Shown: positions 38,042 through 51,300 of the stretch, piece after piece | Layout of the letters: every line of letters begins with the position of its first letter | Position numbering within the stretch: the first letter of the stretch is position 1 | NCBI RefSeq assembly: GCF_009834535.1 | Contig: NC_045697.1 | Coordinates: 114,826,001-114,890,000, forward strand | Length of the DNA: 64,000 bases | Direction: 5' to 3' | Origin: Camelus ferus | Lineage: Eukaryota | The notes under the pieces: model-generated | Told to the model about the DNA's origin: nothing | The model's input: only the letters and a program-made list of their open reading frames with translations | The model's database searches: none | Position numbers and translations under genes: made by a program

Positions 38042-38179
38042 TAATTTTGGGGGGGAGGGGTAGTTAGGTTTGTTCGTTTGTTTGTTTGCTTACTATTAAT
38101 GGTTGTGCCAGGGACTGAACCCAAGACCTTGTGCATGCTAAGCACATGTTCTACCACTGAGCTGTACCCTCCCCCTCCT
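38042..38179 (-). mobile_element. tRNA-derived SINE (vic-1-like), long-tail form
   Basis: GAACCCAAGACCTTGTGCATGCTAAGCAC...CTACCACTGAGCTGTACCCTCCCC; TSD-like AACTTTTACGAG / AACTTTTTGAG. Confidence 0.9.
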
Positions 38180-38390
38180 AACTTTTTGAGCATTAAGACC
38201 ATCAGCAGGCAGTCACTCTGGCCTGGATGGAGGTGGCTGGGTGCTCAGGAATAGTTTTAAGAGTATGATGTGTCTTCCAGAATTAGTTGCAAGTTCTTAT
38301 TATCGAGAATAAAATCTTAGTTCAATATTTTTTGTTTAGCAGAAGGAGGAAATGTGTTAAGCAAAGGGATACTGCTGCACAGCCAAACCA

Positions 38391-38500
38391 TTATTTAATT
38401 TATTGTATTTTATTAATTTAATGGAAGTACTGGAAGTTGAACCCAGGACCTTGTGCATGCTAAGCATCCACTCTACCACTGAGCTGCCCCCCTCTACCCC
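38391..38500 (-). mobile_element. tRNA-derived SINE (vic-1-like), short form
   Basis: TTGAACCCAGGACCTTGTGCATGCTAAGC...CTCTACCACTGAGCT preceded by an AT-rich tail. Confidence 0.9.
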
Positions 38501-39495
38501 AGTGACTAATTTTTGATACTGGGTAATATTTCTGATTCATATGAGTGTGAGTTGACAGCATGATTCTGTGTGTTACATCTAATGCCATTATATCGGGCCA
38601 GATTATCATCAGGGTGTGTTTACACAGAGAAGAGAGCCAAGAACTGATATCCCTAAGGCACACCAACAGTAAAAGTCTTATAGAAGGGAGGCAGACATGC
38701 AAAGAGGACTGATGTAAAACAATCAATGAGGCAGGAGGAAATCCAAAAGTGTAGGATAAGTTTGAAGCCAAGTAAAGAAAGAGTATCAAGAAGAGAGTAC
38801 TGACTGTGTCAAATGTGAGTCTGAGGTACTGAAATTTAGGGTGACACATAACAGACATCTGGGACCTTGGCAAGACCAGTTCCATAACCAAGCAGAACCC
38901 TATCATCATTGGTGACCATCTGATATCTACAGTGGTGTTTGTAACTGCTTAAATGTATAATGGCTTAAAGGGTTTTTCTTGTCCTCTTGCTGACCAAGAG
39001 CAAAGAAGGCCAAGGACATTAGGAAGAGGATCCAAAACATTTTTTCTTAAGATAGGAAAAAATTAAAATATATATATATATATATTTCTATGTTGATTGA
39101 AATATCAATTAGAGAAGTTTTAATGATGTAGAGAAGAGAGTAATGTCGGAGCAGTGTCTGAGTGAAAAAGACAAGAGGGAATCAAAGATGTAGACTAAAC
39201 AATGAGCATTAGATAAACAAAGAGTTCATTTCTTACTAAGGGCAGAAAATTGCCTCAAATGAGTACGGATGTTCATATGTGGGTAAATGTAGTGGGGAGA
39301 GTATCCATATTCTCTTCTGTGCTTCAGTTTTCCCAGTGAATTCAAAAGCGTGTCCATTACATAAGAGTGTAGATGAAGTCGAGAATGTTGGAGGCTTTAG
39401 GCAAGAAAATAAAGTGTGAGATGATACCCTAGGACATTAGCAGAATACATGAATTAGGTAAATATATATGGGAGCCCATGATTGTTTTAATAAAT

Positions 39496-40150
39496 TGTAA
39501 CAGACCCCAGCCACTTGTGACCTTTAAGAAGAACAAATGTGCTTAGTAACTGCTTTGCTAACAGGCACCTGTGCATATGCACTCCTATCTCCTTGTAGTA
39601 AAAAGCAGAGACAATGTCTTGCTTACATAGTTGAGGTTTTAACTTAGGGCTGCTTCCACAGTGGCAAAACCATTGTGTGTCCCTTGCTATAAACACAGGA
39701 CATGGCTTTTCTTGTCATAAGCATATGTCCATAGTTCAGTGCAAAGTGACGACCATGCCCTCAGCTATAAATGCTGGGCAAGCTTTCTGCTGTTTAGATA
39801 GTCTATAACCCCTAAGACAAGGAACTGGCTGGTCTGGTGGTCTGTTTTGTAATCAACTTCTTATATCTGAAGAATTTGCCTTGTTCCCCTCTCCCCATGA
39901 CTGCCCTGAAGATAAACTAAACCTTTGTACTCACTGTGAGTTTTATGATCTCTACCCGATCCTGTTTTTCCTTAAGCTCCTGCGTTCTATGACACAATTG
40001 TTTGTGATCTTTTCTTTATGCACAATAAATATGGGAGTGTTGAAAGGCTCAAGGAGTTGGTCTCTGACTCCCTTTTGCTGTCTTGACTTTCCACAGAGTC
40101 TTGAATAATTCATTCCATCTCAGTGGGACTTCTGCCGGACAGAACCCACA
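39496..40150 (+). mobile_element. ERV-like solo LTR
   Basis: TGTAACAG start, AATAAA at ~40024, ends GGACAGAACCCACA; AAAT-like flanks. Confidence 0.75.
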
Positions 40151-41189
40151 AATATAGCCCTGTTCTTTGGAAATATTAAGAATCTAGTTTTTCTTTTTGA
40201 TCATGCATTTAAATAGATGTGTGGATTTTCTTTAATCACAAGAGTAGGATAAGGTTGTGAGCTAAAAGAAATCAGAGATTACTTTACCCATGGTTGTTGT
40301 TTTGCCAATTGCATGAAAAGGTGAGCCAGGTATCTAGAATCTGAGGGTCAATGCAAGGGAATAGCAATGACAGACCATGGAACTGATGTAGAGTGAGCAA
40401 GAAGAGTGCCTCTGGTGGTGAAGGAGCATGAAAGTGCGGGATGGCCAAGGATGTGGACGTCCTGGTTGAACTGACACAGAAACAAACCTAGGAAGCTAAG
40501 AGACAGTGGTTAGGGAGGTATGCATGAAATTGTGACTATCTAAGTCATTGCAATTATTAGCAACGATGACACCTCAGTGCTGATTTTGGTTTTGAGAGGA
40601 GGAATTTAAGGAACGTCGTTCAAGTTGTTGGAAAAAGTATCTACATGTATACTGCAATAGACAAGAACTAATATTGGAATGAGAGACAGTACTTTGAGTG
40701 GATGGTCAATTCATTTAGAAATTCCAGGGGATGATCAGGTTTTGATAGACAGGATGATACGTGATAGATTACTTCCATGATAGGAGATTGGAGTTTTTAG
40801 ATGTGGGCAGAAGGAAATTGATCTGAAAGGAGCAAAAAGTGGTAATTAGGAGCTTTCCCGGGAGAAACTCAGATAAAAAGACTGTTCAAAGGAGAAATAT
40901 AGGCTGTGGAAGTATTTGCTGATAATGGACGGTGGAATTCCGAAGGGATACAATAAAAGACTTTATGTGGTAGATATGGTGAGAAAAGAGAAAGAAATAA
41001 GGCATATACACACAAATCTGAAAAACAATGGAAACATCTTGTAATACTACTTTTGGTAATAGTGTAGAGTGACTCACTTTATTAACCACTGCTGTTAGTA
41101 TAGATAGGTACACCTACTCTGTAAAAGAGCTAGATGCTGTCTGGGGGTCTAGTAAGTTTGCATGTATAAGCAGAGTTATAGCAATTAGA

Positions 41190-41790
41190 GTGGTAGCAAT
41201 TCCACTCCTAAGAATATGCCCTAGAGACATGCATGCATGTGTGTGCCAAGCGACGTGGAAAACCTATTCGTAACAATGTTGTCTCTAATTACTCTAAATT
41301 AGAAAATTACCATGTGCCTATCAAAAGAAGGGATGAGACATTTGTGATGCTTATCATAATAGAATTGGATACAGCAAATAAGAAGTAGAGATGGGCGCTG
41401 CAAGGAACAACATGTATGAAACAGGCAAATATATATAATATAGAGTGAAAAAGCAAAAATGAAATAATATAATGTATATGATATCTCCTTATGGACTATT
41501 AAATCCTAGAAAAAACTGATCCATGCTATTTTGGGATACACTGATATTTGGCAAACCTATGATTGAAAAAAAGAAAGTAATTGACAAAAATGGTAGAATA
41601 TTGGTTACTTGTGGGAACTCGTGCTGTAAATGTGATGATAGAACTGAGTGGCTTCTAGGGTGCGGAAAGTATTTCATTTCTGCACTTACTTGATAATTCC
41701 AAAGGTTTTTTTTTATCATGATTCATTATAATGTGAATTGTATGTGCGTTTTCTATATGTGTAATATTTTATGATAAAATTAAACAAAAA
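41190..41790 (+). mobile_element. Old L1 (L1ME-like) 3' end
   Basis: AGCAATTCCACTCCTAAGAATATGCCCTAGAGA...TGGTTAC...GGCTTCTAGGGTGC...A-rich end. Confidence 0.75.
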
Positions 41791-43477
41791 TTTTTTTTAA
41801 CAAAATATTATTGAAATCAGAGGGTCAGTGTTTTAATTTGGTAGTTATTTTTGAATGTGACCCTGGGAATATTAATGAAAAGCTCCAAATCTTTATTTTC
41901 TCTTCTGAAAATGAGTAGATTAGAATTTGAAATCTCTTATGAATCCTTTGTCTCATTTTCAACAACTTACTGTATATAATTTATAATGTTATTATATTTG
42001 TTTTACCCTCATATTTATTCCTTTGTTTATTCATCCATTCACTCAAGAAATAGATATTAGATCTCTTTTATTGAAAGAAATTATGTTAAGCACTGGATGC
42101 CAAGCAATGTATAAAATAAGTATAGTTTGGATAAAGCAACATTTTTTAAATGTTTGCAATGATTAATGTCCTATATCTATTTTGTCTTTGTATTATGTTG
42201 TGCTATCATACTGAAGATTTTTCATATTTTAAACTTTTTTGAAGTTTCTCTTCGATTTATCCCTTTATTTATTCTACATCCCAGTGGATAGGAGAAGAAA
42301 TATTGAAACAGCTGCAGTGTCTCAATTCTTTCATGTATACCGAGGCAAAAAGTTTCAACACAGGTGACTGAATTACTCTTCGGAGAGCAGATAAAAATCT
42401 AATTGCCACTGAGTACATCCAAATGCAAAGCAATTTTCTTTAACCTATATAAAACAGAAAAACCCAAACAAAACTGTAAAGTAGTTTTTATTTTTTACCA
42501 CCCACAATCCTTCATCATAGACGGTGGTCCTGGTTTTGATCAGTATGGTCACACAATGTAGACTTGAGAGCTGCGTACAAGGTGGACTCATTTTATCTTC
42601 AAACACAGCATTGGCCTCTCTTGGCTAGATGGCTCAAGTTAGCAGAGTTCAGCCATTGAGGGTGTATTCCACGGACAGAGAAGCATGCCATGGTAATTAA
42701 GAAGTCACTCAGGTTGTTTATTATTTTCCTTGGAGTATGTCTAGGGGGTGGGGCGGGGGGATGTCACAAAACAAGAAACTCAGGTATTTATCTTCAAGCA
42801 CTCTGAAACATAATTTCAAAGTAACTTTACATTTTACATAATATAATAGATCACAGAAAATAATCGTGTAGATGTGAAATGGAATTTAGAAATCATCAAA
42901 CCACATCCCATTCTACAAATGAGTAAACTAAGCCCCAGAAAGGTTTTGTACCATGTTCAAATTTTAGGACATTTCTCAACAGTGCCAGAGAAAAAACCAG
43001 AATACTGAACTTGTTTAATCGTTTCTAAAGATTTAGCAGGATTCATTTGAATACAAACAATGATAATTGCATGATTCATATTTATTTATTTGAGGAAGTC
43101 CAGGAGGAATTATAATAGGAAAGAGTTTGCTAACAAAATTGCCAGACTGATTTTTTAATTATTTATCCTTCAATTATTTAAATTAATGAGGTTTTATTCT
43201 ATGTTTATAACCAATCTTCAAAAGAAATTTGTGAACTGCCTCATTTTAAAAATGGCTTGGGTTTTTAATGTCCTTTCTATAAAATTAGACCCTGAAGTCA
43301 TTCAAAGATGAAAAACTAAATTATATCCTTTATTTCACAGCAGGTGATGAATATTCCCTGATCCAGAATGCTGATTTCTGGACAAGTAAATGTACTCAAG
43401 ATTTACTAAATTTAAGCTAAATACAAGCCATCCCCTTAGGCACTTATATGTTTTTCTTGCTCTTCTTCCTCTTCCTG

Positions 43478-43891
43478 TCTTCCAAAGTGGCTTTGCCATT
43501 TTACATTTCCACCAGCAGTGGATGTGAGTTCCTGTTGCTCCACATCCTCGTTCCCATTTTCTGTTGTCAGTGTTGATCTGAGCCATTCTAATGCCTGTGT
43601 AATGGTATCTCAGTGTTGTCTTAATCTGCATTTGTCTGATGACATATAATGTGGAGCATCTTTTCCTGTGCTGATTTCTACCCTATATGTCTTCTTCAAT
43701 GAGGTGTTTGTGAAGGTCTTTGGCCTGTTGTGTGATCAAGTTGTTTGTTTCCTTGTCGTTGTATATTTTCAATAACAGTCCTTTACCATGTTTGTCTTTT
43801 GCAACTATTTTCTCCCACTCTGTGGCTTATCTTCTCATTCCCTTGATACTGTCTTTTGTGGAGTAGTTTCTTCATTTTAATGAAGTCCAGC
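43478..43891 (-). mobile_element. L1MB/MC-like ORF2 C-terminal fragment
   Basis: ORF MQIKTTLRYHYTGIRMA...RGCGATGTHIHCWWKCKMAKPLWK matches the L1 ORF2 CCHC region. Confidence 0.92.
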
Positions 43892-44009
43892 AAGATCACG
43901 TGTTTTTCAACAGCAGTAACAGCAGTGTTGGTATAGGTGACACTGTTTGTCTTTATACATTCGCAGGTTCTGCAGGGGACAAAAGAGTTAGTAAGCTTTA
44001 GACAGCATT

Positions 44010-44245
44010 TATTTATTTAACAAATCCCAGTATTGTACTTACGTTCCAGCTACTGTTCTAAATGCTTTAAAAGGCTCACTCATTCTTCTCCTCATAAAAA
44101 CCAGCTGAGTATTGTCATGATCCCACTTCGTGGATGAGAATACTGCATTGCAGAAGGTACCTAAGTGACTTGAACAAGTAGATGTGCAGTTGGTATGACT
44201 ACCCAGGCAGACTGGCTGCAGTCTCTGTATTCTTAACCACTGCAT
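44010..44245 (-). mobile_element. MIR
   Basis: CTGTTCTAAATGCTTTA...CCCACTTCGTGGATGAGAATACTG...CCCAGGCAGACTGGCTGCAG...TCTTAACCACT. Confidence 0.8.
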
Positions 44246-44946
44246 CAAACACTGTGTCTTCTGTGTTGCATATGATTTTTGGAAGCATTGCTTTCTGGTA
44301 ATTACTTCATAATTGACTGGCTCATTCCTTCTCTCTCCATCATTAGATTTACACTGAATGCCAGCCTCATAAGTGTGATGCTTGAAATACCATCCCAAGT
44401 GATTCTTTATAGTTAATCTATGACTTTCCCAGAGAATAAAATATTTTGAATTTTACAAAAGCAAGTTTTAGTAAAAAAAAAAAAAAAGCTTAGCATGGAG
44501 GGAAATAGTATATATCTGACACTTCTTTTTCTGAGGAGCATAATTGTAAATTCAGTTGTCATCATGATCCAGCTGGTTTATTTGTCCATTTATAACAATA
44601 TTTTGAAGAACTATTTAACATGTATAATTTTTGGCTTATTATAACATGAATGAGGATTACTGACTGCTGATGGAGAAAACCACAAAGCTATGTAGATTTG
44701 CACAGCTATATAAAAACTGGTTTTCGTACTCAACTGAGACTGGAGTGTGGCCTCCAGTCCTATACTCCAGTCAGCTTATTTAGTTCATGGAAAAATATTT
44801 TCCATAAAGTGATTTCAAACTTCCTTCATTCTTACAGATCCATAAGAAAGCTTTTTGATTCTTTGCCCTATCATTTACTCTACACCTGAGGGAATGAGGA
44901 AATATAATCCCCTGTGTGGGGTCGATGTGATTGCTTAACCATTTAT

Positions 44947-45461
44947 TATTATAAGTCCAAGCTCACTGCTCACCACACAACAGACCAATAAATCGACGGA
45001 TGAGTCCTTGGGGGAAAGAATAGCAACTTTATTGTCAGGAAGACAGCAGACCAAGAAGATGGTGGACTAGTGTCCCAAAGAACCATTTTGCCTGAGTTAG
45101 AATTCAGACTTCTTTTATATTAAATGGGGAGGAGGTGTGGTTGGTGGTTGAAAATTTCTTGGTGCAGAAATCCTTTGTTCTTGCAGCTGTCCATGTGGAT
45201 CAGGTCATGATGCTCCTATAAACCTCCAACAAGACAAATATTAGTCTCTGTTCTGCAACTTTTTTATCTCTATATGAATGGAAAAGCGGTATACCCTTAA
45301 AGGTCAGAGCCTTGAGAATGGGCTGTCTTGTATATTTCAGGCCACAGGCAACATTCTTTTACCAAAATGCAGAACCAGCATGACTGAGCCCAGGAAACAG
45401 AGCACAGGGTTAGAGCTAAAGGAACAGATCCAATATGGAGTCAGGTTTGCTCTCTGTTGCA
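44947..45461 (-). mobile_element. ERV1-like solo LTR, family A, copy 2
   Basis: Full-length homology to the other family A copies; near-TSD TTAT / TGAT. Confidence 0.92.
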
Positions 45462-45569
45462 TGATCAGCATCTTTTGAAATAATCTATTCTCACATAAAT
45501 TAGTAACTTTGAAGAGCCTATGCACTCGCTTCCCTTCTTCATTTGGAGTATAGAATATTCTAAAAGTGT

Positions 45570-46065
45570 TCTACTAGAATATCTGTCAAAATTGAATAGG
45601 CACACACGCATTACTGAGAAATTCCACTCTAGAAAATATACCCACCCAAAGTGTACACAGCAGCACTGTTCATAATAGCTCCAGGCTAGAAATAACCCAA
45701 GTATGCATCAAAAGCACAGGATTATATAGTGCATGGCATATGTACACAGTGTAATTCTTTCAGCACTGAGAATGAATAAATTGCTGGTGTGTGAGTAACT
45801 CTCACAGCACAAGGTTGAGCACAAGAAGGTAGACATTAAAAAACACTTACCAAAAGATCGAAATTACGTAAGAGTCAAAACAGATAAAACTAATCAATGA
45901 TGCTAGAAGTCATTATAGTGGTTACTTTTTTGGTAATCAGGAATGGGTGTAGGTGGGGCTTCTGACCTAGGTGGTTGTTACGTGAATGCCATCATTGTAT
46001 GAAAATGAATGAAGACTATCTTTATAATCTGACCTGCTTTCTCTATGTATGTTTTGCCTCAATGT
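45570..46065 (+). mobile_element. Old L1 (L1ME-like) 3' end
   Basis: AATTCCACTCTAG...CAGCACTGTTCATAATAGC...AAAACTAATCAATGATGCTAGAAGTCA...GTGGTTAC. Confidence 0.75.
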
Positions 46066-46103
46066 CTTTTGTTTTAAGAACAATGTAAGGGAATACTTCA
46101 CAT

Positions 46104-46106
<3 letters not shown>

Positions 46107-46146
<40 letters not shown>
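46107..46146. repeat. (CA)20 microsatellite
   Basis: Perfect dinucleotide run. Confidence 0.98.
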
Positions 46147-46149
<3 letters not shown>

Positions 46150-46497
46150 GTGTTTTAATATTTCCTAATTGCAAAATTCTCTGAGAAATTACACATTGCA
46201 GGGAACTTTAAATGATACCACAGAAATTCCTTAAGAAAACATGACTATCATTTTCTTCCTATAATTTCTTAATCCAACCATATTCTCTGCAAACCATTTC
46301 CATAAGCCCTTCATAAGTAGTCATCTGGACATGATGACTTTCCACAATTCTCCCATGTCACATGAAAATATATTCAATATCACTGATATTGTTGGATGTT
46401 CCATACCTAAAGTCAAGCCAGAGTTTTATATTTGTTTTATGATTTTATTTCAGAAACTCACTAGTAACTAACTTGCTTAAAATCTTCCAGCTCTGTT

Positions 46498-47031
46498 TGT
46501 AGTTGAAAAGAACAAATCTGATTCCATATGAGCTCTGTTCCCTTGACTTTAACCCTGTGCTCTGTTTCATAGGCTTAGTCTTGTTGGTTCTGCACCTTTT
46601 ATAAAAGAAGGTTGCCTAGAGGCTGAAATAAACAGGAGGGCCTATTCTCAAGGCTTTGATCTTTAAGGATATTAACACTTTTCCATTCATATAAAGATAA
46701 CAAGTTGCAGAATAGAAAGTAATATTTGTAATATTGGAGGTTTACAGGGACACCATGATCTGATCCATGTGGACAGCTGCAAGAACAAAGGATTCCAAGA
46801 ACAAAGCATTCCTACACCAAGAAGTTTGTAAGAACCAAACATGCCCCCTCTAAAAAGAATAAAAGGAGCCTGAATTCTGACTTGGGGAAGATGGTTCTCC
46901 ACGACATTAGTCTGCCATCTTCTCAGGCTGCTGGCTTTCCAAATAAAGTCGCTATTCCTTGACCCGACACCTTGTCTCTCAATTTATTGGCCTGTTATGC
47001 TGTGAGCAGAATGAATTTGGACGCAGTAACA
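46498..47031 (+). mobile_element. ERV1-like solo LTR, family A, copy 3
   Basis: TG...CA termini, perfect TSD TGTT, AATAAA at ~46942. Confidence 0.93.
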
Positions 47032-49466
47032 TGTTTCCTAGAAGCACAATAGTCTTAAGAATAGAACTACCAATGTATTTTTTTATTCTGTTTTCTTGTC
47101 CTTTTTTTCATATCAGACACTTATACAAATGGATCACTTCCATGTTTTACCCAGATCTATTCATCCTATTAAATTAAAGTAATTTGCAAATTTGTGTCAT
47201 AAACAAGCATGTTGTTTTTGGCTATACGGGGCTTTTATAGTAGATTTCATAATGTTCTCATATCCCTTTGGTAATTAATCCCACCGTTTTTTTGACAACA
47301 CTGGTGCATGGATAAATCAAGTCATACTGCCAGTGAGTTTGGTGACATATTGAGTTTGCAGGTCACTTTCATGATGAGCCCTCATTTATTTGGTCTGCTC
47401 TGCTTGCCTCTGAGATGATTTTATTAAACAAGTAATAAAGAGGTGTAGGTACAAAAGGGTAAATATGGAAGCATGTAGGATGTCACACGCTGAATACAAA
47501 CATGCTGTTAAGAATGCATAATATCACACAAAAAAAGAGGAGAGAAAATTTTGCTGGCAAATATCCACAGGCAAACATCACAATCAAGGCTTGGACTGAA
47601 TCGATAATCTCCGTATGTGACCAGACAGCAAACCATCTCTACAAAGACCTTTCTTTTTATTTGCTTTGGTTATTTTTTTGTTGTATTTAGTGACTGAATT
47701 TGTGTTCGATATGTTTTGTTCTATTTATGACTAAATGTGTGTTCTTTGTCTAAATTGGAACAGTTGCACAGCAGTCAGGACAGCGGGTAAGGTAGAATGG
47801 GGTTAACTGTCGCTACTGGACTTTCCATCTATGTGAATATGCTCAGTATTTTCATTCAGTTCTAAAATGGGGAATGAATAACTTAGTGTTTAATATTAAT
47901 ATAAATTGACAGAATATATTGGCAAAGACAGGCCATTAACATAAAAATTCTGTGCCATTTTTATTTATGTTGAAGGATAAGAATGAAAAAATGATAAATA
48001 CCTTCTTTCTATATGTGTGCTAAGTAGTTTTGTAATGTCCAGGAACAGTCTGGTCTATTTGACCTTGAAGGAGAAAAATCAGGTGTACTTATTTAGCCAA
48101 GGAGAAGCTGGGACTCCTACATATCTTTTAAATAAAACCATCAGATTCTGGTAATGTTTTATCATGTTGAGTGCTTGCACTTGGTCTGGTGTGAATACAG
48201 CCACGCTCCACTTCCCACAGCAGGCAAGCAGCGTTCGGCTTCAGGTCTCCACTGAAGTCACTCGTAAGCCTGAGTGAAAGAAAGAACAAAGGAACGAAGC
48301 AAGGTGTTTTTTCCTCTCTTACGTATCTTTAGTGCATTAAGACATTTCAGACAAAACAATCCTTGAAGTTTAGCATCTCAGTCTGATCTTGAAAGATCAG
48401 AAGAATAGAGGCCAAGATTTAATTGCAAGCACACACACTGTATTTCTTCCAATATTCGTGTCTCCAAACCTAAGTCTGTGTCTAGTTTTGTTTTCCTCTA
48501 AGTCCTCAAAAAAACCTAAATAAATAAATCATGACAGCAGAAAGTGAATTCTGATTAGGAAAAAAAGAGGGGCATAGTTTGCTGGGATGACTTGAGAATA
48601 ACAAAAATGAAAGGAGATTCTCAGGAAGTAATACCACGTAATTTAAATATGACATAAATGACACAACAAAGAGAAAGCAGTATCTTGAGCACTCAGTATT
48701 TTTTAAAAATCATAAATTAACTCTTTAAGAATGACTATCTCCAACATTGTGACTTTAAAATCAAGTAGTAGGTGCTTGCTGTTCACTTGAAATACTATTT
48801 CTTCATTTCGGGCATTTTTCATCTACGACATGAGAAAATGATCTGGCTGTTCTTTGGTCCAGCATAGGCAAATATGATGCTGAGAGGTTTGCCAGATGGT
48901 CTATGGACATCCTCTAATGATGGACACTGACATCTGCATTTGGAGCTAGATTTTGTATAACACATTGGAATTAAAATATCAAGCAATTTTCATCATATTG
49001 AAAACAAATATTTAGAAAATATCATGCATTTGACTGAACAATGAAAAAATGACTTAAAATACGGTGTCAATATTAGAAATTGTTCTCATAGTATTAATAG
49101 TTCAAAGCTTGGCAATGATCAAGGCTTCTGGGTGGGAAAAAAATCTATCCTGACTATTGCGCTATATTATTTTCACACTAAAATTTTCCGTTCTTACGAC
49201 GTTTTTATAGTTGCTGTACTTACGTAATGATACATAACACAGGATATATATGTGTTTAAATTTCTTCATAAATACTTCTATTTTATAAGTATTTCTACTT
49301 CTAGGTATTACTTTTAAAATGCATATATTGTAAGATTGTGATGGACTAACCAGTGTCACAATATAGATTTTCATTATTTTTTTTTCAGGGTTGGGTTGTC
49401 ATAATTATGTTTTAGGTTATTAATTTCTATTGTAAACATGTTTTCTTGGTTTATGACAAGCATTTA

Positions 49467-49983
49467 TGTAATAGGGAAGAACAAATCTGACTTCATGTTA
49501 GATCTGTTCCTTTGGCTCTAACCCTATGCTGTTTCCTGTGCTCAGTCATGCTGGTTCTGCACCTTTTATAAAAGGATGTTGCCTAGAGCCTGAAATATAC
49601 AGGGCAGCCCACTCTCAAGGCTCTGACCTTTAAGGGTGTAACAGTTTCCTATCCATATACAGATTAAAATTTGCAGAATAGAAAATAACACCTGTCTTGT
49701 TAGAGGTTAACAGGGACACCATGACCTGACCTATGTGGACAGTTTCAAGAACAAAGGATTCTGACACCAAGAAATTTGCAACAACCAACCACACCCCTTC
49801 CCTTCTTAGTATAAAAGGAGCCTGAATTCCGATTGGAGAAGATGGTGCTCCAGGACATTAGTCTGCCACCTTCTGGGTCTGCTGGCTTTCTGCATAAAGT
49901 CATTATTCCTTGCCCCAACTCCTCATCTCCTGACTTATTGGCCTGTCTTGTGGTGAGCAGAACGAGTTTGGACTTTAGTAACA
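49467..49983 (+). mobile_element. ERV1-like solo LTR, family A, copy 4
   Basis: TGTAATAGGGAAG...AGTAACA, perfect TSD TTTA. Confidence 0.93.
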
Positions 49984-50514
49984 TTTATAGGAATGAAAAA
50001 ATCCTTTTGTTTCAAAGAATAATAGTGTGACTGACTGTCATACTGGGAATTTGAGTGTATGAAATTGTCTGACCAACCCATGGAATAAGACTGAAGTGGA
50101 CAGAATGGTGAGAGTAAAGGATTTTAATACTCAACTTATTTTATCATCAAAATTATAACTGTCCCTTCTTCACAATGCAAATAACTGAGACTTTATCATT
50201 CTTAGCTCTGTAACTAAATATAAGTTGGAACATCAATTTTGAATTAAAAACAGGAAATCTTCTCTGAATTAAATAATTCAAACAGGCTACATAATACCAA
50301 AACCACCTGTTGAAATATGAAGACACAATTTTTTTTTTTTTCAAAATGCTGTTTACAACTGGGTTTTCTACCAAGGAATGGATGTCGCTGGACAGCTTGG
50401 GGGCAGCCATCTTCTGAAGTTGACTTGCACTGCCTAGATCTGCCCGTCCAACAGAAAATCAGGATCATTTAATGGAGCCTACTAATGTGCATGTGTACTA
50501 CATCATTCACTTTT

Positions 50515-50935
50515 TAAAAAACTAATGGACTATTTTTTAGAGTAGTTTTAAGTTCATAGAAAAACTAATTGAAAAGTACAGAGAGTTCCCATGTACCCTC
50601 TCCCCACCCATCGTTTCCCTTATTGGTGACATCCTGCATCACTCTAGTACGATTCTAACAATTGATGAACCAGTACTGACACACTATTATTAACTAAAGC
50701 CCATAGTTCTTAAGGTTCACTTTGTGTTGTACAGGTCAATGGGTTTTGACAAAGGTATAATATGTATCCACTGTTACACTATCATAAAGTTGTTTCACTG
50801 CCCTAAAATTCTCCTGTACCCCTTCCATTCACCACTCCCCCTTCCCCCTTCCATCCTGCTTTGCAATCACTAATCTTTTTATTCTCTACATAGTTTTGCC
50901 TTTTCCAGAATGTCATGTAGTTGGAATTGTACAAC
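50515..50935 (-). mobile_element. L1MC/MD-like 3' end
   Basis: AAAGTACAGAGAGTTCCCAT...ATTGATGAACCAGTACTGACACACTATTATTAACTAAAG...TTTTGCCTTTTCCAGAATGTCAT. Confidence 0.85.
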
Positions 50936-51300
50936 AACGTACTTTGAAAGAAATCCCCAGAGATTCTGATGCACAGACAAAGATGGTAACCAATAGAGCA
51001 AGGAAACAAACAGATGAGCTGTCAGTTTCAAAAGCCCATGTCTGGTCTAGTTAGTGGAGAGGTTGTTGACAGATGTCTAAGAAGACTGAATGTTGATGAA
51101 ATGAGTAAACTCAGAATTCAATAAGCTGAATGGAATATTTAGGATAAAAACCTTCAATACACTTGAAGATTTAGTCTGCAGCGGGGCTATAAAACTGATA
51201 GATGTCAAAATGGGAAGACAGATGATTGACCACAGATATGAATGTAAAGTAGGTTTCTGTCAAATATTAGAAATATAATACATCTGCCAAAATATATCTT

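Larger units (their letters stand above)
37270..41000 (-). mobile_element. Dispersed L2 remnants (~37270-37440, 38620-39480, 40200-41000) interrupted by younger elements
   Basis: Purine-rich antisense L2 motifs: TTTGAACATGCTGAGTCTGAG, ATTGGGAGTCATTAG, GAAGCCAAGTAAAGAAAGAGTATCAAGAAG, CTGTGTCAAATG. Confidence 0.55.

Noticed and set aside
46498..49983. Provirus bounded by two same-orientation LTRs
   Set aside because: Each LTR has its own TSD, they differ by a 16-bp duplication, no TGG-starting PBS follows 47031, and I see no gag/pol remnants between them.
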